Shown piece by piece: positions 29,221 to 39,101 of a stretch of DNA of 64,000 nucleotides (position 1 is its first letter; each line of letters opens with the position of its first letter). Source of the stretch: an uncultured Desulfovibrio sp. (GTDB taxonomy: Bacteria > Desulfobacterota > Desulfovibrionia > Desulfovibrionales > Desulfovibrionaceae). Position numbers and translations under genes: made by a program. The DNA lies in contig CAZFCC010000010.1 of NCBI GenBank assembly GCA_964517635.1, forward strand, positions 7,812-71,811, in the 5' to 3' direction. Under the pieces are notes generated by a model. It did no database searches and had not been told where the DNA came from. It saw only the letters and a program-made list of their open reading frames with translations.

Positions 29221-30435
29221 ATGTCACAGCACAGCATCGTCATTCCCAGCAAAGGCAAGCTGTTTAACCTGGACGAGTTTCTCAAACCCACTCCGGGCAA
29301 TATCATCACCGCCATCATCCTGGTGGTGGGCCTGATAATCACCGTTATCCGCTTTACCATGGGTATCGGCTCGGTCACCAACCTGAGCAACACCCAGCCC
29401 TGGGGCCTGTGGATCGGCTTTGACCTGCTTTGCGGCGTGGCGCTGGCGGCAGGCGGCTACTTTACCACTGTGGCCTGCTACGTCATGGGCATGAAACAGT
29501 TTCACTCTGCCGTGCGCCCGGCCATTACAACGGCCTTTCTCGGCTATACCTTTGTGGTCATAGCCCTTCTGTATGACCTGGGCCATCCGCTGCGTTTGCC
29601 CTTCATGTTCTTCTTCCCGGGAACCACTTCGGTGCTCTTTGAAGTGGGCCTGTGCGTGGCCACTTACGTTACGGTGCTCATGATCGAGTTTTCCGTGGCT
29701 CCTCTTGAGTGGCTGTCGCAAAAGTTCCCCTGCCTTATCAAATGGCGCAGGCTCGTGGTGCACAGCACCATCGTGCTCACCATTTTTGGCGTTACCCTGT
29801 CGACCCTGCACCAGTCGTCGCTGGGCGCGCTGTATCTGATTGCACCTGAAAAGCTGCATCCCCTGTGGTATTCGCCCTTCATGCCCATGTTCTTCTTCGT
29901 CAGCTCCATGGCTGCCGGGGCCTCCATGGTCATCTTTGAAGGCATTTTCGCCCACAAGGGGCTGCACCACTACATGGACGAAACCCACCTGCGTGAAGGC
30001 GACGGCGTAATCCTCAGCTTCTCGCGCGCGGCTTCTTTCATCCTGTTCGCCTACTTCATGCTCAAGCTCATCGACATGCTTGTGCAGGCCAACATCCCCT
30101 ATGTTTTCTCGGGCTATGGGGCCTGGTGGCTGGTTGAAATGCTGGGCTTCGTGCTGTTGCCCGCCCTGCTCTATGCCAAGGGCGCGCGCGACCGTAACCT
30201 GACCCTGTGCCGCATTGCATCGGCCAATACAGTACTGGGCATCATTCTGAACCGCTTCAACGTGTCCATGATCGCCTTCAACTACAACCTGCCTTCAGCG
30301 GAACGCTACTTCCCCAGCATCTGGGAAATATGCATTTCCATTTTTGTGGTAACGATGATCGTGACCGTGTACCGCTTTATCGTCTACCACATGCCGGTGC
30401 TGTACGAACACCCCGACTTCAGGGATGAGCACTAG
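29221..30435 (+). CDS. nhcC: NrfD/HmcC-family integral membrane subunit
   Basis: PWGLWIGFD, SVLFEV, LSTLHQSSLG and HPLW; about 10 TMs. Confidence 0.88.
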   Translation: MSQHSIVIPSKGKLFNLDEFLKPTPGNIITAIILVVGLIITVIRFTMGIGSVTNLSNTQPWGLWIGFDLLCGVALAAGGYFTTVACYVMGMKQFHSAVRPAITTAFLGYTFVVIALLYDLGHPLRLPFMFFFPGTTSVLFEVGLCVATYVTVLMIEFSVAPLEWLSQKFPCLIKWRRLVVHSTIVLTIFGVTLSTLHQSSLGALYLIAPEKLHPLWYSPFMPMFFFVSSMAAGASMVIFEGIFAHKGLHHYMDETHLREGDGVILSFSRAASFILFAYFMLKLIDMLVQANIPYVFSGYGAWWLVEMLGFVLLPALLYAKGARDRNLTLCRIASANTVLGIILNRFNVSMIAFNYNLPSAERYFPSIWEICISIFVVTMIVTVYRFIVYHMPVLYEHPDFRDEH

Positions 30436-30457
30436 CCAACAGGGAGAGGAGAATACT

Positions 30458-30610
30458 ATGGAATTCCATACTTTTTACGATTACTTCCTCTATACGAAGA
30501 GCTGGGCTTACGCCATGATGTTTGTGGTTCTGCCCCTCTATGTGGTGTACTGGAACTTTGTTCTGTTTCCCAAAAAGAAGGGACGCAACGGCGACTCCAA
30601 AGGCCATTAG
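30458..30610 (+). CDS. nhcD: Small membrane subunit (HmcD-like)
   Basis: RBS GAGGAG; MEFHTFYDYFLYTKSWAY; single TM. Confidence 0.8.
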   Translation: MEFHTFYDYFLYTKSWAYAMMFVVLPLYVVYWNFVLFPKKKGRNGDSKGH

Positions 30611-30641
30611 AACCTGCGACCCTGACATGACAGTCTGAAAC

Positions 30642-30673
30642 ACGGGGGCGACGCCAAACGGTGTCGCCCCCCG
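30642..30673 (+). terminator. Hairpin after the nhc operon
   Basis: ACGGGGGCGACGCC-aaac-GGTGTCGCCCCCGT; no immediate T tract. Confidence 0.55.
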
Positions 30674-30748
30674 TCCATTGACAAAGATTCTTTTTACAGC
30701 CACCCTTGCGCGCCATACATTCATGTCATTTGTTTGGGTAAGCACGGC

Positions 30749-30850
30749 TCTTGGCCGAGCCTTGCGACTTCAGGCCGAGGTCTGGCCGAGATCTGGCCGT
30801 GCCTGGCCGGGGGTCTGAAAGATCTGACGGGCCTGGCAGAACTTTATTGG
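30749..30850. repeat. Degenerate ~11-bp tandem array (TCTGGCCGAG-like)
   Basis: Recurrent ctggccg at roughly 10-11 bp spacing. Confidence 0.55.
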
Positions 30851-31089
30851 GCTGGCGACCCTGGCTGAACTTTTTGGGCTGACTTCCTGACTGAATTTAT
30901 TGGATTGGGCGGGCCTGGCGGCCATTGCTGACGCAGCGTTTGAAATTTGGCGCGCCGCCTGCGGCCTCTTGTGAATAGAAAACGCGTAGAACAAACCCAC
31001 AGGCTGCGCATTGCGCCCAGAGGTGGCTTGGGGTATACTTGACAGTGTGTGAAGTGGCTTCGGCGTTGCAATAACGCATACTTGCAGCC

Positions 31090-31878
31090 ATGAATCGGAG
31101 GCTTGACGTGCGGCGATTTTATCAAGAAAGCTGGCAGGGCATACCCTTTACATCCTTTTCTCATATCTCTTTTTTTCATCTGGCGGAACCCAAGTTCTAT
31201 GCGGTTTTCTACGAAGAACTTTTTCGCCGCTATAAAAACTGGGATGATCTGCCTGCCGTCTGGCGCGAAAACAAGCGCAAAGACGCCCGCTGGCTCATCG
31301 GCCAGTTGCGGGATCAGATCGCCAGAGAAGCGCAGCCCCGCACAGAGCCTGTGCGCGTGCTTTCTATCGGCAGCGGCGTGGGTTATATGGAAAAAATCCT
31401 GCTGGAGGAAATGCCCGATCTGGAGTTGCACGTCAACGAGCCAAGCACCGTGGGCCTGAAATGGCTGCGCCAGCATATTCCCAGCGAACGCATCTATATC
31501 GGTCTGCCCCCGGCCTGCCTGCCGCCCGATGTTCACTACGACATGATCTACCTCTCCACGGTAGACTACGGCATCCCCACGCGCGAATTCACCTATCTGC
31601 TGCAAGAGCTGCGCGCCCAGCTGGCCCCCGAAGGCGAGATCATCCTGCTTTCGGCCTCCTTGCTGGAAGAAGATTCCTTTATCGGCAGCTTTGTTAACGC
31701 CATCAAGATTTTTATTCGCGGCTTCCTGCATTACCTGGGCATACGGCGCCAGCAGTTCTGGGGCTGGCGACGCACGCGCGATGAATACCGCCAGATTTTT
31801 AAGCAGGCCGGATGCACCGAGACGCAGGACGGCTGGCTCCAAGACGGCTTTGAAACGTTCTGGATCCGCGGAAAATAA
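31090..31878 (+). CDS. Hypothetical class I SAM-methyltransferase-like protein
   Basis: VLSIGSGVG motif I-like sequence, HVNEP and YDMIYLS. Confidence 0.7.
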   Translation: MNRRLDVRRFYQESWQGIPFTSFSHISFFHLAEPKFYAVFYEELFRRYKNWDDLPAVWRENKRKDARWLIGQLRDQIAREAQPRTEPVRVLSIGSGVGYMEKILLEEMPDLELHVNEPSTVGLKWLRQHIPSERIYIGLPPACLPPDVHYDMIYLSTVDYGIPTREFTYLLQELRAQLAPEGEIILLSASLLEEDSFIGSFVNAIKIFIRGFLHYLGIRRQQFWGWRRTRDEYRQIFKQAGCTETQDGWLQDGFETFWIRGK

Positions 31879-31920
31879 TTCCCACAGGCTCACGTTCGGC
31901 TGAGCATTTTACGCTTGAGA

Positions 31921-32016
31921 TACTTTGTGGGGTGATTTGTGGGGTGATTTGTGGGGGAGGGCCCCTTTTGCAAAAGGGTCGCCTCCCCCACACCCCCACC
32001 CCCTAAAACCTTTATT
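31921..32016 (-). repeat. REP-like element, family A copy 5
   Basis: Hairpin preceded by two tttgtggggtga units. Confidence 0.85.
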
Positions 32017-32054
32017 CCTGTCTCAATTTAGCCCAAGAATTCACGGGATTTAAG

Positions 32055-32259
32055 GAGAGGGCCAGAAGCCGTGCCTTCCGGCCATAACTCTGGCACAAAA
32101 TTTAGCGTACGCCCACTTCGGCCTTCAACCGCGAAGATACTCCGCACTGCTGACTTCATCTGTCACTTTCTTCGTCATAACGGCTGAAGCTACCTTACGT
32201 TCCGTAGCGAACACCAGCTCACGCTGTCGTCAGAGCAATGTAAAAGGCAAATAGCCCTA
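32055..32259 (-). repeat. MITE-like element, family C type 2; terminus overlaps the dpaL stop
   Basis: Minus strand TAGGGCTATTTGCCTTTTACATTGCTCTGACGACAGCGTGAGC versus TAGAGCAATTTCATTTTACCTTGCTCTGACAGCTGCGTGAGC at 5197; left boundary approximate. Confidence 0.6.
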
Positions 32260-33480
32260 GCCTGCTTCCACCCCGCCACAAACCCCGTACCAAACAATCT
32301 GTCGATACAATTGGGGCGAAGTATCCCCTTCTGTGCTGAAAAGCAAAATACGGGAAGCTGCGTCCAGCCTCAGGGCCTGACGCACTTCCTGCATCTGCGG
32401 ATTCTTCATGATGTGCTCAAGAGCTCCCAGAGGGGCCGCGCCCGATTCGCCGCTGCATACGGGGCTGTCGCCCGGCAGGGGCGCGGCAAGAATGCGCATG
32501 CCGTTGGCAGCCACCACATCGTGGCAAGACAAAGCGCCCGCAGCCCTATCGCGCAAAAGGGGCCAGCACAGGCTGCTGGGCTCACCACAGGCAAGCCCGG
32601 CCATGATGGTGCGCATATGGCCGCTGACTGCGCGCGGGGCGCCATCGCCAGCCACAAAAGACCGGTAAAAACAGTCCGCTGCATGCGGCTCCACAGTAAT
32701 AACCTGTGGCCCGTTATCGCCCCAAACGGCGGCAAAATAACCAAGCACAGCAGCTGCAAAAGAACCCACCCCGGCCTGAAGAAAAATATGCGTCGGCGCT
32801 TGCAAACCGCAGTGGCGCCATTGCTCATCCGCTTCCAGAGCCAGGGTTGTATAGCCTTGCATAATCCAGAGCGGCATTTCCTCATAGCCGTCCCAGGCCG
32901 TGTCCTGCACAAGCACGCCACCAGTCTCGTGCGCGTGCTGCCTGGCCAGACGCACGGTATCGTCATAATTAAGGTCGGTTATGGTGCACTGCGCCCCGGT
33001 CTTGCGGATGTTTTCAGCCCTGACCGGCGCGGAACCAGCGGGCATGAAGACCGCAGCCCCCATGCCAAGTTGCTGGGCTGTCCAGGCAACACCCCGGCCG
33101 TGGTTACCGTCCGTGGCTGTAACCAGAGTGAGTTTTCCCAACTTTTCACGCACTTCGGCAGAACGCAGCAATTGCGGGCTCACCTGGCTCATGGGCATAT
33201 CAAGCTGCCCGGCCAGATAGCGCGCCACAGCATAAGAACCGCCCAAAACTTTGAAAGCATTGAGGCCAAAGCGCTGCGACTCGTCCTTTACCAGAATTTC
33301 GCCAAGCCCCAGATCATGCGCAAGATTTTTCAGCCGCACGAGCGGCGTGGGCGCATATTGCTCAAAGCCCTGATGAAAAGCGCGGGCAACGCGGGCAACT
33401 TCCGGCCCATAGGCCGCAACATCCGCCCCGTGGGCAGCGCCTGTGCGCAGGCTGTTGGGACAATAGCTGATGGTACTCAC
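32257..33480 (-). CDS. dpaL: Diaminopropionate ammonia-lyase (PLP)
   Basis: YAPTPL, KDESQRFGLNAFKVLGG, ATDGNHGRG, QAGVGS, MAGLACGEP and GESGA; GTG start after AGGAG. Confidence 0.92.
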   Translation of the reverse strand: MSTISYCPNSLRTGAAHGADVAAYGPEVARVARAFHQGFEQYAPTPLVRLKNLAHDLGLGEILVKDESQRFGLNAFKVLGGSYAVARYLAGQLDMPMSQVSPQLLRSAEVREKLGKLTLVTATDGNHGRGVAWTAQQLGMGAAVFMPAGSAPVRAENIRKTGAQCTITDLNYDDTVRLARQHAHETGGVLVQDTAWDGYEEMPLWIMQGYTTLALEADEQWRHCGLQAPTHIFLQAGVGSFAAAVLGYFAAVWGDNGPQVITVEPHAADCFYRSFVAGDGAPRAVSGHMRTIMAGLACGEPSSLCWPLLRDRAAGALSCHDVVAANGMRILAAPLPGDSPVCSGESGAAPLGALEHIMKNPQMQEVRQALRLDAASRILLFSTEGDTSPQLYRQIVWYGVCGGVEAG

Positions 33481-33505
33481 GATTGCTCTCCTGTAATGAT
33501 TGGTA

Positions 33506-33606
33506 AATGCTTTGTGGGGGAGGGCCTGATGCTTTGCTTTGTGGGGGAGGGCCCCTTTTGTAAAAGGGTCGCCTCCCCCACACCACACCCCCCAAAACTT
33601 TTATTC
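33506..33606 (-). repeat. REP-like element, family A copy 6 (upstream of dpaL)
   Basis: Hairpin plus a duplicated half-unit, 26 nt from the dpaL start. Confidence 0.85.
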
Positions 33607-33749
33607 CTGTTGCAAACGGCTACAGGAGTTCACATGCTCTTGGGAGGGTTTGGCCTTTGGGGAAAACTTTTACGCACTGCGGCCGAGCCACTATTAATGA
33701 TACCCAGCGGCCCAGAAATTTTCATTCAAAACAAAAGTGCCGGATGGCC

Positions 33750-34360
33750 CGATGACCGCAAATCTGGCAACAGCCGATCGAAGCCGAATTCACCGCTGGT
33801 TCCAGACGACCTGATGGCCAAAGCCCCAGCAACAGCCGATCAAAGAAGCCCCACGTATGCATTGCTCCAGACAAACCGATGATCGCGCGTTGACCAACAG
33901 CCGATCAAGGCCGGTCTGATGCATTGCGCCGAACAAGCTGATGACCGCCATTCTGGCAACAGTCGATCAAAGCCAATGCCTTGGATGGCGTTGCGCGGCG
34001 CGCAGGGAGATCACCCGACCGAAGGGAGGGAAGCTCCCGGAGCAAAAGCCGTGCAGCCCTCGCAGGCTGACGGAAGTTGGAAAGCCCAACAGTGTTGGCC
34101 GGAGTGAGAGCAGATGGGGATCAGCCGGTTGGCGGAAGATGGAAAGCCTAGCGGGGTCGTCCGGGGGGAGTGCAGAGGGGGCCTCGGAGGGGCGGCAGCC
34201 CCTAACAGGCCCCCTCGCCGCCCGCCGCGCAGGCGGCCCAAACTCAATTAAAAAAGAAGCCCCCGTGCCCGCAGGGCACACATTCCCTTTCTCGAAGGAC
34301 AAGCCCTTCTTCTTCCCCCGCCGCAAAGGCGCACTCCCCGCCGCAAAGGCGCACCCCCCT
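33750..34360 (+). repeat. Long modular element, family B copy 3, with upstream ~62-bp array and tail
   Basis: Core 33985-34310 matches copies 1 and 2; four degenerate ctgatga..caacagccgatcaa units upstream; two cgcaaaggcgca tail units. Confidence 0.85.
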
Positions 34361-34362
34361 AT

Positions 34363-35391
34363 TCAGTTCGAATTGGCTGTGCGCACAAAAACATTATAAG
34401 CCTGTCGACTTTTCTGCGCGGCTTGATTCAGCTCCTGCCGCAACGGGCTGTAAAAACCCTGATCCAGCCCCCGAACCACAAGCGCCTCATAGCGAGCAAC
34501 CTGCTTAAGAAAATCACGATACCCCCGTTCCACCTCGGGAGCAGCCGCGAATGGCGGCTGTCCGGCCCGGCGCAAGCCAGCCTCAAGCTTGCCCCGCACC
34601 TGCTCAAGGGCCTGACGGTCGGGCGTCTGGGCTTTCAACAATTCCGCGGTATTGGAGTACAGACTAAAAATGTTTTTGGCTTCCAGAATCTGCCGCCGGA
34701 GCGGATGCCCGTACAACAGGGCTTCTTCAGCTTTGACGGCCCGCCCTTCCACAAGGGCCAGATAGCTGTTGCGGGCAGTCATAAAACGCTCATGCGCCTT
34801 TTCCAGGCTGGCTGCCAGGGCGCGGCCTTTTACGCCATCATCGCGAACCTCGTCATCCCGCACATAGCGCCCCAGCGCCGCGTAGTCGGCCCGCATGCTC
34901 TGGATGCTCTTTTCCATATCGCCCACCCACTGGGCCAGTGCCGCCACTTCATCCTCGCCGAACATGGCCGCAGTAGCCGCCAGGCGGCGCGCAAGCACCT
35001 TGCCATCGCCGGTGGGCGCAGGGCGCGGGGCCAGCGTCCATTGGCGCAAATAATGGTTCACGTGTTCCATCATGACTTCGGCCTGAACAAAATAGGGCTC
35101 AGCCAGGGTGGCGGCGGCCACATTATAGAAAGCCACAAGCGCATCGGCCTTTTCAAGCTCTTCCTGCGTGGGGGGCGGCCCCTGAACCTGTTCTTCATAG
35201 GGCGCACGATCCTGCGGGGCGCTGTTAGCCGCGCCAGCCGCGTCCGGCTTGCCTTGAGCCTGGTCAGTGTTCTGCGTTTGGCCCGCCTGCTCCTTGCCTG
35301 TGGAAGAGGCGCCTTCATTGCCGCCGGAATCGCAAGCCACAAGAAACAGGGCCACAAGACAGACGGACAGTATAGAGAGTCTTTTTTTCAT
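34363..35391 (-). CDS. Putative lipoprotein (helical; YiiG/DUF3829-like)
   Basis: Lipobox LVAC, low-complexity linker, helical body; family assignment tentative. Confidence 0.7.
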   Translation of the reverse strand: MKKRLSILSVCLVALFLVACDSGGNEGASSTGKEQAGQTQNTDQAQGKPDAAGAANSAPQDRAPYEEQVQGPPPTQEELEKADALVAFYNVAAATLAEPYFVQAEVMMEHVNHYLRQWTLAPRPAPTGDGKVLARRLAATAAMFGEDEVAALAQWVGDMEKSIQSMRADYAALGRYVRDDEVRDDGVKGRALAASLEKAHERFMTARNSYLALVEGRAVKAEEALLYGHPLRRQILEAKNIFSLYSNTAELLKAQTPDRQALEQVRGKLEAGLRRAGQPPFAAAPEVERGYRDFLKQVARYEALVVRGLDQGFYSPLRQELNQAAQKSRQAYNVFVRTANSN

Positions 35392-35448
35392 AGTTTCAGG
35401 CGCAAAAACCCCACAGGCAACCTGCGGGGCTTGGTGTTATATGTTTGT

Positions 35449-36102
35449 TCAGGCCGAGGCCACGCGGGCCGCAATCCAGTCATTAAGCCCCGTAAGGTCT
35501 TCGGCCCAGGGATAGGCGCTGTCTGAAGCGGGCTTGATGTCTGGCCCAACGCCGTAAAAAAGCGTGCCCACTTCTTCCGCTGCCTGGCGGTCAGTGGGGG
35601 CATCGCCCACCATGAGCACATCCTCCGGGGCCAGGGGCAGCGGGCCCACAATCTCGGCCAAAAGCCGGGCCTTGGCCGGGGGAGAGCCATGAATGGACGT
35701 AAAATAGTGCGCCAGGCCGCGCTCGTGCAATACGGCCAGCACCTCTTCATGCGGCGCGCCGGAACAAACGTAGAGGGGCAGCCTGCCCTTCCAGCTGTCC
35801 AGCACGTCCTTGATACCGGGAATAAGCGGGCAGCGGCGCACTTCGTCCAGGGCGTATTCCGCAAAGAGGCGGCCCAGCTTTTCCGACTCGTCCTGCGTTA
35901 TCTCACGGCCCAGCACCTCGGTGTAAAACCATTCAAACTTCTTGTATCTGCTCACCCCGCCGTGCAGGCTGTGATACATGACAAAGCGATCCTGCGCCTC
36001 CTGGCCGTAAGGTTCGGCGATGCGGGCAAAGGCGCGGGTTTTTACGGGCACACTGTCCAGTATGACACCGTCACAGTCAAAAACAATACATTGCAATGAC
36101 AT
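35449..36102 (-). CDS. HAD-family hydrolase/phosphatase
   Basis: FDCDGVILDS motif I and MVGDAPTD motif IV. Confidence 0.9.
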   Translation of the reverse strand: MSLQCIVFDCDGVILDSVPVKTRAFARIAEPYGQEAQDRFVMYHSLHGGVSRYKKFEWFYTEVLGREITQDESEKLGRLFAEYALDEVRRCPLIPGIKDVLDSWKGRLPLYVCSGAPHEEVLAVLHERGLAHYFTSIHGSPPAKARLLAEIVGPLPLAPEDVLMVGDAPTDRQAAEEVGTLFYGVGPDIKPASDSAYPWAEDLTGLNDWIAARVASA

Positions 36103-36338
36103 AACTATCCTTTTTCTGCATCCGCCGCAGGGCCTGAACTGGCTTTTGGGGCAAGGCGGATGTGTCTGCGCCTATTTGCTATAAGTTTTGCACTTTACTA
36201 CAGAGTAGCCACTGTCTCCATGGGGGCAACTCCGAAGAAAAAAACTTTTTGCGAAAAAAGAGCTCGCTCGTGGCGGGCTGAAAAAACTTTTTGATAAATC
36301 CAGTTATACAAAAACGATCAGGGGGAAGGGGGCCGCCC

Positions 36339-37154
36339 CTAAGACGTATGCCCGCCCGTGTGCGGGCCGCTCTGCCCGCGCATGCCGATGAGCCGGGCGG
36401 GAACGCCGCCCACGATGCTGAAGGGGGCCACGTTACGGGTGACCACGGCCCCCGCGCCCACCACAGCGCCGCGCCCGATGCGCACATCGGGCGTAATAAC
36501 GCAGTTGGCCCCTATCCATACGTCTTCTTCAATAACAATTTCGCCCGGCACGTGGCCCTGATACATCATGGGCACGTCCTGACGGGCTGTGCAATGATTG
36601 GCCGCGCGTATGACCGTTCCCGGCCCCACGGCCGTGTGCGCGCCGATTTCAATACGGCCCGCATCGGCCCCCACATGCACATAGGGTGACAGAGCCACGC
36701 TGTCGTGCAGCACCAGTTCGCCGTCTGTGGCCGTGATAAAACAACCGCGGCCAAGACGCACGTTGTTGCCAAAGCGCATGCCCCGGCAACCCGCAAGGCT
36801 CAGGCCCGTGCCAAAACGCACCGAGCCGCAGCGGGCAAAAAGCCAGCGCCAGCCCGCAAGCCGCAGCGCCAGCCCCACGGGCGTGGGTATCCAGCCGAGC
36901 AGGGCTATCCACAACTCTTCCAACGCCGCGCCAAGGCGGCGGCGCCAACCCGGCGCGCCATGCCCCGGCGCCGCAGAATCGGCTCCCGCAGAACCGGCCC
37001 CAGCAGAAGCTGATGCGCCAGAACATGAAGAGGCGCATGGCGAGGCGGCAGGGCCAGCCGCTTTAGCCGCCCCAGAGCACGAAGAGGCGGCAGGGTCAGC
37101 CGCTTTGGCCGCCCCGCCCTCTTGCGCCATGCCCGTTTTTTCGAGCTCGGCCAT
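36339..37154 (-). CDS. Left-handed beta-helix (hexapeptide) O-acyltransferase
   Basis: IVIEEDVWIGANCVITPDVRIGRGAVVGAGAVVT and GGVPAR; low-complexity N-terminus. Confidence 0.88.
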   Translation of the reverse strand: MAELEKTGMAQEGGAAKAADPAASSCSGAAKAAGPAASPCASSCSGASASAGAGSAGADSAAPGHGAPGWRRRLGAALEELWIALLGWIPTPVGLALRLAGWRWLFARCGSVRFGTGLSLAGCRGMRFGNNVRLGRGCFITATDGELVLHDSVALSPYVHVGADAGRIEIGAHTAVGPGTVIRAANHCTARQDVPMMYQGHVPGEIVIEEDVWIGANCVITPDVRIGRGAVVGAGAVVTRNVAPFSIVGGVPARLIGMRGQSGPHTGGHTS

Positions 37155-37155
37155 A

Positions 37156-37926
37156 CTACTTGCTGTATCCCTTCATGAGGTCGTCACCTTCCATCAGGCG
37201 GCAAACGCGCACGAGATCTTCGGGCGTGTCCACGCTCCAGGTGCGGCTGGCCGTGGGAACCATGCGCACTTTTTCCCCGTACTCAAGAATACGCAGCATA
37301 TCCACAGACTCGTAGATCTCCAGGGGGCTTTCTTCCATTTCGTTAAAGCGCAGCAGATAATCGCGGCGGAAAGGAATAATGCAGACCTGCTTGCGCATGG
37401 GAACCTTGTCCGAACCTTTTTTACGCGAAGGAATGGGCTCGCGCGAGAAGTAGAGGGCGTTGTTGAACTTGTCTACCACCACCTTGACTTCATTGGGGTC
37501 TTCAAATTCTTCAAGGGTGTCCATATCAGCCATGAGGTTGGTCACGTTGATGGACGGATCAGCCAGCATGGGGGCCACGGCGGCGTCGATCATCTCGGGG
37601 CGCACCATGGGCTCGTCGCCCTGCACCATAACCACGATGTCGGCCTTTTTGCCGGTGGCGGCTTCGATCTTGAGCAGGGCTTCCGCCGTGCGCGTAGAAC
37701 AGCGCACGTGGTGGTCGCCGGTCATGACGCAGGGCAGGCCTGCATCCCTGCAGTAATTTTCGATAATTTCATCGCAGGTGGCCACATAGGTGGATGAAAG
37801 CGTCTTGCTCATGCCCGTGCGAAAGGCCACGTGGCCCACCATGGGCACATTGTGGATGAGCGCAAGCGGCTTGCCGGGATAGCGGCTGGATCCCATGCGC
37901 GCGGGAATAATGGCGATAATGTTCAT
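37156..37926 (-). CDS. KdsB-family cytidylyltransferase
   Basis: IIPARMGSSRYPGKPL, VMVQGDEP, ALYFSREPIP, ESVDMLR and SVDTPED. Confidence 0.9.
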   Translation of the reverse strand: MNIIAIIPARMGSSRYPGKPLALIHNVPMVGHVAFRTGMSKTLSSTYVATCDEIIENYCRDAGLPCVMTGDHHVRCSTRTAEALLKIEAATGKKADIVVMVQGDEPMVRPEMIDAAVAPMLADPSINVTNLMADMDTLEEFEDPNEVKVVVDKFNNALYFSREPIPSRKKGSDKVPMRKQVCIIPFRRDYLLRFNEMEESPLEIYESVDMLRILEYGEKVRMVPTASRTWSVDTPEDLVRVCRLMEGDDLMKGYSK

Positions 37927-38051
37927 GTAGCGGCTCCTTATGGCCTCAAATTTTCAGAAATATCTGTAGCATGCGCCACCGGACAGGCTTTTTGGCAAAA
38001 AACCTTCCCGGACAAAAAAGCTGTGTGCAATCAGCGCCTGGAGCAGGTCGC

Positions 38052-38187
38052 CTTTGAAAATATACATTTTCCAAGGTGTCATTCTGCCGAGAAATACGAT
38101 TTTCGGCTGAATCTACGCCGCGTTGCGGCGCGCTGTACTCTCGTGCAGCGTTAGAGCATTTACCTTTTTCAAAGTTAAATTGCTCTA
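38052..38187 (-). repeat. MITE-like element, family C type 3; terminus is the epimerase stop
   Basis: Minus strand TAGAGCAATTTAACTTTGAAAAAGGTAAATGCTCTAA hairpin; CTTTGAAAA inverted at both ends. Confidence 0.6.
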
Positions 38188-39099
38188 GTCGTCTGTGGCC
38201 ACGAGATAGCCGCCCTCAGACGCCAGCTCCGGGTGCATTTCCTTATGCTCTTCTTCCATAACGCGCAGGATGCCCTGCCCGAGATCCACCGTAAGCGGCG
38301 GCACAAGCTTGCGCCCCACCTTGGGCATAAAGGCATAGGGCGTTACCTGATAATGCCCGCTGTTGGGGTCGTTTTGATAATTGATAACCAGATCCTTGCG
38401 CAACATTTCGCCGATCATCTTGAAAAGGTCGCCAACCCGCATGGGCTGATTGCCGGAGATGATGATATTCTGATTTTCAAATTCGGGATCCAGCACGGCC
38501 AGGGTGGCGGCGCTGGCATCGTCCACATGCACGTATTCGCGCAGGGCCGTGGGCGCGCCGTAATAGGTGATGCCGCCGGTGGAAAGCGCTTCGTACACAA
38601 AGCGGTTGATGGCGTTGCGCCTGTCTGAGCGGGGGCCGTATAGCGAGCCGTAGCGCAGAATAGTGTAGGGCAGATTGTGCATGGCCTGATAGTTTTCAAT
38701 ATATAATTCGCAGGCCTGCTTGCTACAACGGTAAAACCCGCCCGACTTGCCATATACATATAAGGAGCTGGCAAAGACATAACGCTTGACCTTGGCCAGG
38801 CGGCAGGCTTCAAGAATCATGACATTGCCGAGGACGTTGATGCGCGCCGTGTCCACCGGGCGGTTATTGGCTTCGCCGATGTCGGCTATGCCCGCGTAGT
38901 TGAACACCATGTCTGCGCCTTCCACAGCGCTGCGCACGGTTTCTTCGTCAAGGATATTCCCCGTGAGCATGGTCTGGTCAGGCCGCAGCCAGGGGGAGGG
39001 ATGCAGGTCTACCATGGTGACAGCGTGCCCGGCATCGGAAAGCTTATCGCAAATATGCGAACCCAGAAAACCGGATCCGCCAAAAACAGTTATTTTCAC
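38185..39099 (-). CDS. NAD-dependent epimerase/dehydratase (extended SDR)
   Basis: GGSGFLG, YRCSK (YxxxK) and LRYGSLYGP; GTG start. Confidence 0.9.
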   Translation of the reverse strand: MKITVFGGSGFLGSHICDKLSDAGHAVTMVDLHPSPWLRPDQTMLTGNILDEETVRSAVEGADMVFNYAGIADIGEANNRPVDTARINVLGNVMILEACRLAKVKRYVFASSLYVYGKSGGFYRCSKQACELYIENYQAMHNLPYTILRYGSLYGPRSDRRNAINRFVYEALSTGGITYYGAPTALREYVHVDDASAATLAVLDPEFENQNIIISGNQPMRVGDLFKMIGEMLRKDLVINYQNDPNSGHYQVTPYAFMPKVGRKLVPPLTVDLGQGILRVMEEEHKEMHPELASEGGYLVATDD

Positions 39100-39101
39100 A
39101 G

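Noticed and set aside
32311-33882. 523-aa plus-strand ORF
   Set aside because: Antisense shadow of dpaL that runs on into repeats.
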